64,000 nt of DNA from Anaeramoeba ignava BMAN (Eukaryota > Protista > Anaeramoebae), in assembly GCA_028826165.1 (NCBI GenBank), contig JAPDFW010000055.1, forward strand, positions 567,857-631,856. The letters are read 5' to 3'. Shown here piece after piece: positions 13,196-25,846 of this stretch (position 1 is its first letter; every line of letters begins with the position of its first letter). The notes beneath the pieces are model-generated. The model saw only the letters and a list, made by a program, of their open reading frames with translations. It made no database searches and was not told the DNA's origin. The translations under genes and the position numbers were made by a program.

Positions 13196-15322
13196 TTAAG
13201 CAGAGCAACATTTGACTCTAATTAAAATGTTTAACAAAGAAACAACAGGAACAACAATAATAAAAGCAAGACCAGCTTTAAAAGTAGCTTCATTAGTTAA
13301 AGAACGAGAACGAATCTTGGGACCAATTTTTTTCGAAGGAGAATAAACATAATCTTTTTCATAAAGACAAGGAACAATAGAACCAGTTGAAGTTGAAGGA
13401 CCATTTAATCCGTATTTTAAAGCAACAACAGGTTTATAAATTGTTAAATCATTTTCATAATCAGTCCATCCAGTTGGAGAAAGAGTTCCAAATTGATAAT
13501 TTCGATATACACTTGTTCTGAGAGTTAACATTTTTTCACATGAACCAAATGTTCCGTAATCTTTGCAGAAAAAGCAATCTGTTGTATCAACATCATCTAA
13601 AACTTTGCATTCTCCTTCTATCATATCTTGTTTTTCTTTTACTACTGGATAAAGACATGTGAAAAATATTATGAAAAAGAATATTAAATCAACAACAAGT
13701 ACACCATAAATGTATCTTTTATTTCCATTGTTTTTGTACATCAAATAAAGGGCAACAATTGGACTAAAAAAAATAAAGAATGGAACTAAAAGGAACTTTT
13801 TTGTTTTTGTTTTTGTTTTTGTTTTTGTTTTTGTTTTTGAAATTTTTTTTTTTGAAATTTTTAATTTTTAACATGAAATTTGTTTTATGAAATTTTTCTT
13901 TGATTTTTGAATATTGCTTTACTTTAGTTATCTTTTGTTCTGGAAATTTAAAAAAAAGAATAAGTAAAATTATGTTTGATGCAAATAGAATCAAAAACAT
14001 TAAAATTGTTGATGCAAGTGCGGGTGCTAATTCCCAATCTGGAGTTACAAAAGCTTCATCATCTTTTCTTGGATTAACCCAACAACTTATTGTTCCAGAC
14101 TTAAATTTAATTTAAATTTAATTAAATAATAAAAACAATTTTTTTTTGTGTTTCAAACTTACATAACTTTCACTTAAATATTCTGGTTCACAAACACCAA
14201 TTAATTTTCCTGATACAATATCTCCATCTGAATTATGATGAGAAAAAATCTTAATAAAAAAATTAATCAATTTTAATAAATTTAATTTTGAATGATATAA
14301 AAATGAGAAAAGAAGAAAGCATTTTGATTTGTTTTACTTTTTCTGTTGGAGTAAAAACGACATTGCAATCATCTAAATTACAAATTCATTTTGATTTCAT
14401 TTTAATAAATAAATTTAATTTAATTTAATTAATTTCAATTTAATTTCATGTTAATAAATAAATTCATTTTAAATTCAATTCATTTCATGTTATAAATAAA
14501 TTTAATTTCGTTTCAATTCATTTCATGTTATAAATAAATTCATTTTAATTTCATTTCAATTCATTTCATGTTAATAAATAAATTTAATTTTATTTAATTT
14601 CATTTCATGTTAATAAATAAATTCATTTAAATTCAATTCATTTCATGTTAATAAATAAATTTCATTTTATTTAATTTCATTTCAATTTCATGTTATAAAT
14701 AAATTTAATTTCATTTAATTTCATGTTAATAAATAATCAAATGTTTACCAATATCAATTGGCCAAGAACGATGAGCTAATAAATTAAATCCATAAAGACC
14801 ACCAAGTAAAAAAAAGAAACCATATCCAAAAAGTGCAATACAAATTGGCCAACGAATTGGAAGACCAGAATCTTTATTTGAATCTCTGTTGTTGTTGTTA
14901 TTATTATTATAATTATTGGTATTAGTTTGAAAAGTATTTTCTTCAAATCCTCCTCTATAATGAGGTTCTTCATGAGCAAATAAATTTTGTTGTAAAAATT
15001 CACGTCTAGGTTGATTATCCCCTTTTATTAATAATAAAAAAAGTTTAAATTTTAAATTTGGATTTTAATTTTTATTTTATTTTAATTTTATTTTTTTATT
15101 ACTTCTTGCTCTTGTAGTTGCTTCTGAAATAAGTGATTCAATATTACTAAATGTTGGATAACGAGAATCAAGAAATTCCATAATATAATGACATCCGTTA
15201 AGTTCTCCATTTGTCATTGCATTTTCTGATTCATTAATAAAATTACGAGCTTCTCTTAATGGTACTCTTTCTCTAATTAAAGTAACAAGTTGATATAAAT
15301 TTGGATAAGCAGATAAACTCAT
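13196..15322 (-). CDS. Hypothetical multi-exon membrane protein with two TM-Cys-loop-TM modules
   Basis: Links ORF 15077-15322, exons near 14750-15020, 14338-14372 and 14162-14250, and the 13196-14100 region through GT-AG junctions. Four hydrophobic segments flank two Cys-containing loops. Confidence 0.6.
14395..14735. repeat. Intronic degenerate minisatellite (TTTCATGTTAATAAATAAATT...)
   Basis: Repeated TTTCATGTT(A)ATAAATAAAT core. Confidence 0.8.
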
Positions 15323-15453
15323 TTTGAAACGATGAAAAAATAATAAAAATTAATAAATCAAAAAAAAAAAATAATAAAGAATAAAAAAAAATGAAAATTA
15401 AAAATTTAAAAAAAAAAAATCATTTTTTTTCTCATTTTTTTACCTTTTCAAAA

Positions 15454-15869
15454 ATGTTAAATAAAGAAAATAAAGAAAAAAAAGAAAATCAACAAGAAAG
15501 AAAAGAAAAAAAAAGAAAACAAATTGAAAATGAAAAAGAAAAAAAAAAAAAAATGAAAAAGAAAATGAAAATGAAAATGAAAATGAAAATGAAAAAGAAA
15601 AAGAAAATGAAAAAGAAAATGAAAAATGCCGCGTTTCAAAAATATAAATTAAATATTAAATTCGAAAAATGAATATTTATTTATTAAATATAAAAAAAAT
15701 ATTAAATTAAATATAAAATTAAATATTAAATTAAAAATATTAAATATTAAATTAAATATAAAATTAAAATTAAAAAATATAAATTAAATATAAAATTAAA
15801 TATTAAATATTAAAAAATAAAATATAAAATTAAATAAAAATTTAAAAAATTAAATTAAAATTAAAATTA

Positions 15870-15900
<31 letters not shown>

Positions 15901-17844
15901 TAAAAATAAATATTAAATTAAATAAAAATTAAAAATTAAAAATTAAATTAAAATAAAATTAAATATTAAATAAATATAAAATTAAATATTAAATTAAATA
16001 TAAAATTAAATATAAAATATAAAATTAAATATAAAAAACCAAATTAAATATTAAATTAAATATTAAATTAAAAATTAAATTAAAATTATTAAAATAAAAT
16101 AAATATTAAATTAAAATTAAAATAAAATTAAATAAATAAAAAAAATTAAAATTAAATTAAAATTAAATATTTAAATTAAATATTAAATTAAAATATTAAA
16201 TTAAATATTAAATTAAATATTAAAATTAAATTAAATAATATGTAAAATAAAAATAAAATAAAAATATATAAATTAAATATTAAATTAAATATTAAAAAAT
16301 ATTAAATTAAATATTAAATATTAAAAAATTAAAATTAAAATAAAATTAAATATTAAATTAAATATTAAAATTATAAATTAAATATTAAATTAAATATAAA
16401 ATTGAAATTAAATTAAATATTAAATTAAAATTAAATTAAAAATAAAATATAATATTAAATTAAATAAATTAAATTAAAAATAAATATTAAAAATTAAATA
16501 TAAAATTATATTAAATTAAATATAAAAAATTAAAAATTAAATATTAAAATTAAATATTAAATATTAAAATAAAAATAAATATTAAATATTAAATATAAAT
16601 TAAATAAAAAATTAAAATTAAATATTAAATTAAATATAAAAATTAAAATAAAATTAAATATTAAAATTAAATATAAAATTAATTTTAAATATTAAATTTA
16701 AAATTAAATATTAAATTAAAAATTAAATAATAAATTAAAAAATATTAAAAAAATTAAATATTTAAATATAAAAATTAAATAAAATTAAATTAAATATTAA
16801 AAAATTAAAAATTAAATATTAAATTAAAATAAAATTAAATATTAAAATTAAAATAAATTAAATATTAAATATTAAAAATATTAAAATTAAATATTAAATA
16901 TAAAATTAAAAATAAATTAAAATTAAATATTAAATTAAATTAAAATTAAATATTAAATTAAAATTAAATTAAATTAAAAAAAATATAAAATTAAAATTAA
17001 ATATTAAATTAAAATTAAATAAATACAAAATTAAATATTAAATTAAATATTAAATTAAATATTAAATTAAATATTAAATTAAATATTAAATTAAATATTA
17101 AATTAAATATTAAATTAAATTAAATATTAAATTAAATATTAAATTAAATCTGAATTAAAAATTAAATATAAAATTAAATTATAAATTAAAATTAAAAATT
17201 AAATTAAAATTAAATATTAAATTAATAGCCCAACAACTCCATCTGAAATGGATTGGACAGAACACTATCCAAACTTTAATCAAAAAAAAGAAAAAGTAGA
17301 ATTTTTAGATGTTGGATGTGGTTATGGAGGATTGTTAATGGAACTTTCTTCACTTTTCCCAGAAAAATTGTCACTTGGATTAGAAATTCGGGAAAAAGTT
17401 TTTCAATATGTTCAAACAAAAATAAGAGTATTAAGAAAAGATAATCCAGGAAAATACACAAATATTTCTGTTATTCGAACAAATGCAATGAGAACTCTCC
17501 CAAATTTCTTTGAAAAAGCTCAACTTTCCAAAATGTTTTTTTTATTTCCTGATCCACATTTTAAAAGAAAAAAATATAAATGGAGAATTATTTCTCCTCA
17601 ACTTTTGGCTGAATATGCTTACTTATTAAAAAAAGGTGGTATTATTTACACAATTACAGATGTTAAGAAATTATATGATTGGATGCATCTTCATTTATCA
17701 GAACATCCTTTATTTGAAGAAATTCCTGAAAAAGATTTGATTGATGATCCTGTTGTTAATGCTGTTAGATTTAAAACTGAAGAAGGAAAAAGAGTTGAAA
17801 GGCTTCAGGGTGATAAATTTTTGGCTGTTTTTCGAAGGATTTAA
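15454..17844 (+). CDS. TRM8: tRNA (guanine-N7)-methyltransferase TRM8/METTL1; last exon 17229-17844 is clear, 5' exon(s) are garbled
   Basis: P..P.EMDW..HYP, FLDVGCGYGGLL, GLEIR.KV, RTNAM..LPNFFEKAQLSKMFFLFPDPHFKRKK, YTITDV, TEEGKRVER. 3' splice site taatag at 17228. The start at 15454 is tentative. Confidence 0.9.
15660..17220. repeat. Nearly pure A/T degenerate repeat (AAATT/AAATATT), probably intronic
   Basis: About 1.5 kb with almost no G or C. Confidence 0.9.
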
Positions 17845-17889
17845 TTTGGATTCATAGATTTATTTTTATTTAAGATTACAACACCAGAA

Positions 17890-19505
17890 ATCAAAGAAAT
17901 TAAATCAAAGAAATTAAATCAAAGAAATTAAATCAAAGAAATTAAATCAAAGAAATTAAATCAAAGAAATTAAAATCAAAGAAATTAAATTAAAGAAATT
18001 AAACTAAATATTAAAAATAAATATTAAAAATAAATATTAAAAATAAATATTAAATTAAATATTAAATTAAATATTAAATTAAATATTAAATTAAATATTA
18101 AATTAAAGAAATTAAATATTAAATTAAATATTAAATTAAATATTAAATCAAAAGAAATTAAATATTAAATTAAATAAATTAAATTAAATATTAAATATTA
18201 AATTAAATTAAAGAAATTAAATATTAAATTAAATATTAAATTAAATCAAAGAAATTAAATTAAATTAAATATTAAATTAAATATTAAATCAAATTAAATA
18301 TTAAATTAAATATTAAATCAAAGAAATTAATTATTAAATTAAATACAAAATCAAATATTAAATCAAAAGAAATTAAATATTAAATTAAATTAAAATTAAA
18401 TTAAAATTAAATATTAAATATTAAATATTAAATATTAAATATAAAATATTAAATTAAATTAAATATTAAATTAAATATTAAATTAAATATTAAATTAAAA
18501 TATTAAATTAAATTAAATATTAAATTAAATATTAAATCAAAAGAAATTAAATATTAAATCAAAGAAATTAAAATAATAAATTAATTATTAAATTAAATAT
18601 TAAATCAAAGAAATTAAATCAAAGAAATTAAATATTAAATTAAATATTAAATATTAAATTAAATATAAAAATTAAATATTAAATTAAATATTAAATTAAA
18701 TATTAAATTAAATATTAAATTAATTATTAAATTAAATATTAAATCAAAGAAATTAAATATTAAATCAAAGAAATTAAATATAAAAATATTAAATTAAATA
18801 TTAAATTAAATATTAAATTAAAGAAATTAAATTAAATATTAAATCAAAGAAATTAAATTAAATATTAAATTAAATATTAAATTAATTATTAAATATTAAA
18901 TATTAAATATTAAATTAAATATTAAATCAAAGAAATTAAATATTAAATTAAATATTAAATTAAATATTAAATTAAATATTAAATCAAAGAAATTAAATAT
19001 TAAAATTAAATTAAATATTAAATTAAATATTAAATTAAATATTAAATTTAAATATTAAATTAAATATTAAATTAAAATTAAATTAAAATCAAAAAGAAAT
19101 TAAATCAAGAAATTAAATCAAAGAAATTAAATCAAAAAATTAAAATTAAATATTAAATATTAAATTAATTATTAAATATTAAATATTAAATTAAATATTA
19201 AATTAAATATTAAATTAAATATTAAATCAAAGAAATTAATTATTAAATTAAATATTAAATTAAATATTAAATTAAATATTAAATCAAATATTAAATCAAA
19301 GAAATTAATTATTAAATTAATTATTAAATTAAATATTAAATCAAATATTAAATCAAAGATATTAAATTAAATATTAAATTAAATATTAAATTAATTATTA
19401 AATTAAATATTAAATTAAAGAAATTAAATATTAAATTAATTATTAAATTAAAGAAATTAAATATTAAATTAAATATTAAATTAAATATTAAATTAAATAT
19501 TAAAT
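17890..19505. repeat. Compound minisatellite (AAATTAAATATT / AAATCAAAGAAATT) downstream of TRM8
   Basis: Visible 12-14 bp units. Confidence 0.9.
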
Positions 19506-19650
19506 TAATAAATTTCAAACAAATTTTTTGATTTTTTAGATTTTTGGTTTTTTGATTTTTTAGTTTCTTAGTTTTTTAGTTTTTTGGTTTTTTAGTTTTT
19601 GTTTTTTTTGGTTTTTCATTTTTTTTCTTTTCTTTTCTTTCTTGTTTATT

Positions 19651-21072
19651 ATGTCAAAACAATATTCAAACTTTTTACAATTATCTCAAGACTTTAAAAA
19701 TTTATTCAATACAAATGATAACTATAGCGATTTTGAAATCATTTGCAAAGAAAATAATCAAACAAGTTCTTTCCAATGTCACAAATCAATTTTATCAGTT
19801 CGAAGTGATTTTTTCAAATCATTATTTCGATCTAAAATGAAAGAATTTCAAGAAAACAAAATCACATTTGAAAATGTGTCAAAAAATACATTGGAATCAA
19901 TTCTAAAGTTTTTTTATACAGGAAATATCGAAATCACTTCTGAAAATGCATTTGATATTTTGCTTTTTGCATCCAAATATTTAATTGAAGAATTGATCAA
20001 AATATTATCACAATTTATAATGGAAAATTGCCAAATAGAAAATGTTGTTGATATTCTCAGAATCTCAGAATCAATGGATTTTGTTGAAATGGAAAATTAT
20101 TGCTACAATTTTATGTGTGAAAATTTAAATGATTTTTCAAACAGTGTTTTTTTTTATCAACTTGAAGAGGATCAAATTGAAAAACTACTTGAAAAGGAAA
20201 ACTGGAAAATCAATGATTTGGAGGTTGTTGAAGCATTAGCGAGATGGGGGAAATCCAAGCTCAATTTTGCGCCTGATTTTGAGAAATTGGACCGAGAAAA
20301 GAAAGAACTTGTGAAAAACAAAATTTCGGATTTTTTGGACAAAATTAGATTGATTGATTTTTCGCAGCAAGAGCTCCAAAAAGTCTACAAAATGGGATTG
20401 ATTGAAAAGGATCTCAAAGCGAAGATCAAGAATATCCAAGCAATGTCTGGCTTGGCAAATCAAGAAAAAAGAAAGAAGCTTATTAAAGAATATAAACAAT
20501 CAGAAAATCCAGGATCATTGCGATTTAAATCCAAATTCCGACACGGATCCAAAATTCTGGATTCACAAAAAATCAAGATTTTGAAGGAGTTCTTGAATGA
20601 TAACGAATTTTTGGAGCAAATGCAATTGGCGTTTTCCTCCGAAAACGACGGATTCAAAAGCGAAAGTTTTCATCAGAAATGTGATGAAAAAGGAAAAACA
20701 CTTGTTTTAATAAAAACAATGAATGACTTTATATTAGGAGGATATTCCAAGGTTGGATGGAACTTGAAAATCACGAGTCAAAGAGATCCTGATTCGTTTC
20801 TTTTTTCGATCGTGAATCCAAAAAAAACAAATCCAATCAAATTATCCACAATTGACCCAAGTGAATCCGTTATTTATAGTTTTATTGATGATGGTCCTAA
20901 TTGGGGTGCTCCTGATTTGAGACTTAATCATAATATGAAAGAGATCTCAGTCAATTTGGGTGTTCGTTTTGAATTACCTCCAAATATTCCAATGAGTAAA
21001 TCTTCTGAATTTTTGGTTGGAAGTAGTAAAGAAGAAGTTGTTGAAATTGAAATTTATTGTGAAAAAATTTAA
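19651..21072 (+). CDS. BTB/POZ-BACK-TLDc domain protein, paralog of 709-2160
   Basis: HKSILSVRSDFFKSLFRSKMKEFQENKI; DGFKSESFHQKCDEKGKTLVLIKT...GGYS...SFLFS. ATG at 19651 is preferred over the TTG at 19642. Confidence 0.9.
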   Translation: MSKQYSNFLQLSQDFKNLFNTNDNYSDFEIICKENNQTSSFQCHKSILSVRSDFFKSLFRSKMKEFQENKITFENVSKNTLESILKFFYTGNIEITSENAFDILLFASKYLIEELIKILSQFIMENCQIENVVDILRISESMDFVEMENYCYNFMCENLNDFSNSVFFYQLEEDQIEKLLEKENWKINDLEVVEALARWGKSKLNFAPDFEKLDREKKELVKNKISDFLDKIRLIDFSQQELQKVYKMGLIEKDLKAKIKNIQAMSGLANQEKRKKLIKEYKQSENPGSLRFKSKFRHGSKILDSQKIKILKEFLNDNEFLEQMQLAFSSENDGFKSESFHQKCDEKGKTLVLIKTMNDFILGGYSKVGWNLKITSQRDPDSFLFSIVNPKKTNPIKLSTIDPSESVIYSFIDDGPNWGAPDLRLNHNMKEISVNLGVRFELPPNIPMSKSSEFLVGSSKEEVVEIEIYCEKI

Positions 21073-21172
21073 TCAAATCAAATCAAAATAAAAAATTTAA
21101 CTTAAAAAATTCAAATCAAATCAAAATAAAAAATTTAAATTAAAAAATCCAAAAGTTTTCCTTTTTTTTATT

Positions 21173-22435
<1,263 letters not shown>

Positions 22436-22449
22436 TAAAAAAATAAAAG

Positions 22450-22512
22450 AAAAAAAAAATGAAAAAAAAAATTTAAATTAAAAAAATTTTTTCATTTTTT
22501 TTCATTTTTTTT
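22450..22512. promoter_or_regulatory. Compact bidirectional promoter with outward-facing TCATT motifs
   Basis: 86-bp gap between divergent ATGs (22435 and 22522), with aaatgaaaa followed by two copies of tttcatttt. Confidence 0.5.
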
Positions 22513-22521
22513 CTTTTTTAA

Positions 22522-23043
22522 ATGTCAGTTGAAATTTTTACTTCAATTGCAAATTCTTCTTTATTTGCAAAAAAATATACTCAATATATAAAATTAATGT
22601 TGGATATTAAAAAAGTATAAAAAAATTTAAAAAGCAAAAAAAAAACAAAAACAATTTTATTTAATCTTTTTTTTTTAAAAAATTTTAAATTTAAAAATCA
22701 TTAAATAAAAGATTAATTATGTTGTTTATGATATTGGAAAAGATGAAAATAAAAGAGAAGGTAAATCAATTTAAAAATTCAATTTAAAATTCAAATAAAA
22801 ATTCAAATAAAAAATTCAATAAAAATTCAAATAAAAATTTAATTAAAAATTCAAATAAAAATTCAAATAAAAAATTCAATTAAAAATTCAATTTAAAAAA
22901 TTTTAGAAATGATTTCAAGAAGTCAAAGAAGTTCTTTTCCTCAATTACATGTTAATGGTCAATTTATTGGAGAATGGAAAGAAATTGAAGATTTAAATGA
23001 ATTGGAAGATTTAGATCCAATTTTAGGAATTGAAGACAATTAA
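22522..23043 (+). CDS. SH3BGR/glutaredoxin-like small protein, 3 exons (not in ORF track)
   Basis: Spliced product MSVEIFTSIANSSLFAKKYTQYIKLMLDIKK-INYVVYDIGKDENKRE-EMISRSQRSSFPQLHVNGQFIGEWKEIEDLNELEDLDPILG. PQ.xxNG.FIG is a Grx-fold motif; no CxxC. Confidence 0.8.
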
Positions 23044-23281
23044 TTTCAATTTTTAATTTCAATTTTTCAATTTAATTTCGAATTATTTTCAAAATCGGAA
23101 ATAAATTTTTTAATTCAATTAAATTTATTAAATTTTGAAAGTTTATTTTAATTGAAAAGAAAAAAATTTTTTGGATATTTGATTCAAAAAAAAGAAGAAG
23201 AAGAAAAAGAATCAAAAAGAAAAAAGGAAAGAAAAAGAAAGAAAAAAATTATTTCAAAAAAAATTTTTAAAAAAGGGGAAT

Positions 23282-24830
23282 TTAAATTGGACCAGGAGTA
23301 GGAGTAGGAGTAGGAGTAGGAGTAGGAGTTGGTGTTGGAGCTGGAGGAATATATTCAATACAAGAAACACTTGAAGATCGTGAACCCAAAATCAAACCTA
23401 TAATTAATCCATATAAAGCTAAAGCTTCTGCGAAAATTAAAATTAAAATCATTGCTACAAAAATTTTTTGTTGATCTATTAATTTTCTCACTCCAATATC
23501 TCCAACTACCCCAATTGTCCATCCTGCTCCTAATCCTGAAAATCCTACTGATAATCCTGCTGCAAGATGTGAAAATGCTGTATATTTTGTGTAGTTTGTT
23601 ACATTCACTTTTAATTTTGAATTTAATTTTGATTTTAATTTTAAATTTTATTTTAATTTAAATTTTAATTTTAATTTTAATTTTAATTTTGATTTTAATA
23701 ATAATTTTAATTTAAATTTTAATTTTAATTTTAATTTTAATTTTTAATTTTAATTTTAATTTTAATTTTATAAATGAATTTTAATTTTAATTTTAATTTT
23801 ATAAATGAATTTTAATTTAAATATAATTTTATAAATGAATTTTAATTTTAATTTTAATTTTAATTTTAATTTTAATTTTAATTTTAATTTTTAATTTTAA
23901 TAATTTTAAATTTTAATTTTAATTTTAATTTTAAGTTTAATTTTAATTTTAATAATAATTTTAAATTTTAATTTTGATTTTAATAATTTTAATTTAAATT
24001 TTAATTTTAATTTTAAATTTTAATTTTAATTTTGAAAATGCTGTAAATTTTTAATTTTCTTTTTTTTATCCTAATTTTAATTTTATTTAATTTTAATTTA
24101 AATTTTAATAAAATTAATAATAAAAATTGATTTTTAAAAATTTTTTTAATTTTAATTTAATAATTTATAAATGAATTTTAAATTTTAATTTTAATTTAAA
24201 TATAATTTTTTAATAATAATTTTAATTTTAAATTTTGAATTTTTTTTAATTTAAATTTAAATTTGAATTTATTAAAATTTTTTAAATGAATTTTAAATCC
24301 TGTAAGAGATAATAACAGAAATAATTAAACCGTAAATTCCGATAATACTTGCCTTTAAAAATTAAAAATTTTAAAAATTAAAAATTAAAAATTAAAATAT
24401 AATTAAAATTGAATTAAAAAAATATTTTACCATAACAATTGGTACAATTCCTTTCATCATTAAATCAGGTCTTTTAATACCCATTCCACCAACACCAACA
24501 CCAGCTTTAGCAGTTCCATAAGCACTTCCAATGCAAGAAAATATAAGAGCGCATCCACAACCCATATATCTAAAATATTATAAAAATTTTTAATTAAATT
24601 TTAAATGAATTTTTTAATTGAATTTTTTAATTAAATTTTAATTGAATTTTTTATTGAAATTTTAATTAAATTTTTAATTAATTTTTTAAATTGAATTTTT
24701 AAATTGAATTTTTTAATTATAAAAATTTTTAAATTGATTTTAAAAATAAATTTTGAAATGAAAAATTTTATTAAAATAACCAGAAAAAATTTTGAAATAA
24801 ATTTTGGATTTTGAAACAATTGAAGATAAA
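23282..24830 (-). CDS. V-type ATPase proteolipid subunit c; first exon and one donor site garbled
   Basis: [57 protein letters not shown]...[27 protein letters not shown]...[22 protein letters not shown], with the essential Glu present. The 5' coordinate is approximate. Confidence 0.9.
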
Positions 24831-24849
24831 TTGATTTTTAAATTTTGAA

Positions 24850-25845
24850 ATAGATTTTTAAATTATGATTTTGAAATAAATTTTTAAATTGATTTTTAAA
24901 TTGATTTTGAAATAGATTTTGAAATAGATTTTGAAATTATTTTAAAAAATTAATTTTGAAATAGATTTAGAAAAGAAAAAATTAAAAATGAAAAATTTTT
25001 AAATAGATTTTGAAAAAATTAAAGATTTTGAAAAAAATTTTGATAAATTTTATTTTGAAATAAATTTTTAAATAGATTTTTAAATGAAAAACGAAAAAGA
25101 TTTTTTGATTTTGAAATAAATTTTGAAATAAATTTTGAAATAAATTTTGAAATAGATTTTGAAAAAACAATTTTGAAAGATAAAAAGATTTTAAATTTTG
25201 AAATAGATTTTGAAATAGATTTTGAAATTCATTTTGAAATAGATTTTGAAATAAATTTTGAAATAGATTTTGAAATAAATTTTGAAATAAATTTTGAAAT
25301 AGATTTTGAAATAGATTTTGAAATAGATTTTGAAATAGATTTTGAAATAAATTTTGAAATAGATTTTGAAATTGATTTTGAAAGATTTTGAAATAGATTT
25401 TGAAATAGATTTTGAAATAGATTTTTAAATTGATTTTGAAATAGATTTTGAAATAGATTTTTAAATTGATTTTGAAATAGATTTTTAAATAAATTTTTAA
25501 ATTGATTTTGAAATAGATTTTTAAATAAATTTTTAAATTGATTTTGAAATAAATTTTTAAATTTTTAAATAAATTTTTAAATAAATTTTGAAATAGATTT
25601 TTAAATAAATTTTTAAATAAATTTTTAAATAAATTTTTAAATTGATTTTGAAATAGATTTTTAAATAAATTTTTAAATAAATTTTGAAATAGATTTTGAA
25701 ATAAATTTTTAAATTGATTTTGAAATAGATTTTGAAATAGATTTTGAAATAGATTTTGAAATAGATTTTGAAATAGATTTTGAAATAGATTTTTGAAATT
25801 GATTTTGAAATAGATTTTGAAATAGATTTTGAAATAGATTTCGAA
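24850..25845. repeat. 12-bp minisatellite (TTTTGAAATAGA)n directly after the Brr2 stop
   Basis: Visible 12-mer array with TTTTTAAATAAA and TTTTTAAATTGA variants. Confidence 0.9.
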
Positions 25846-25846
25846 A

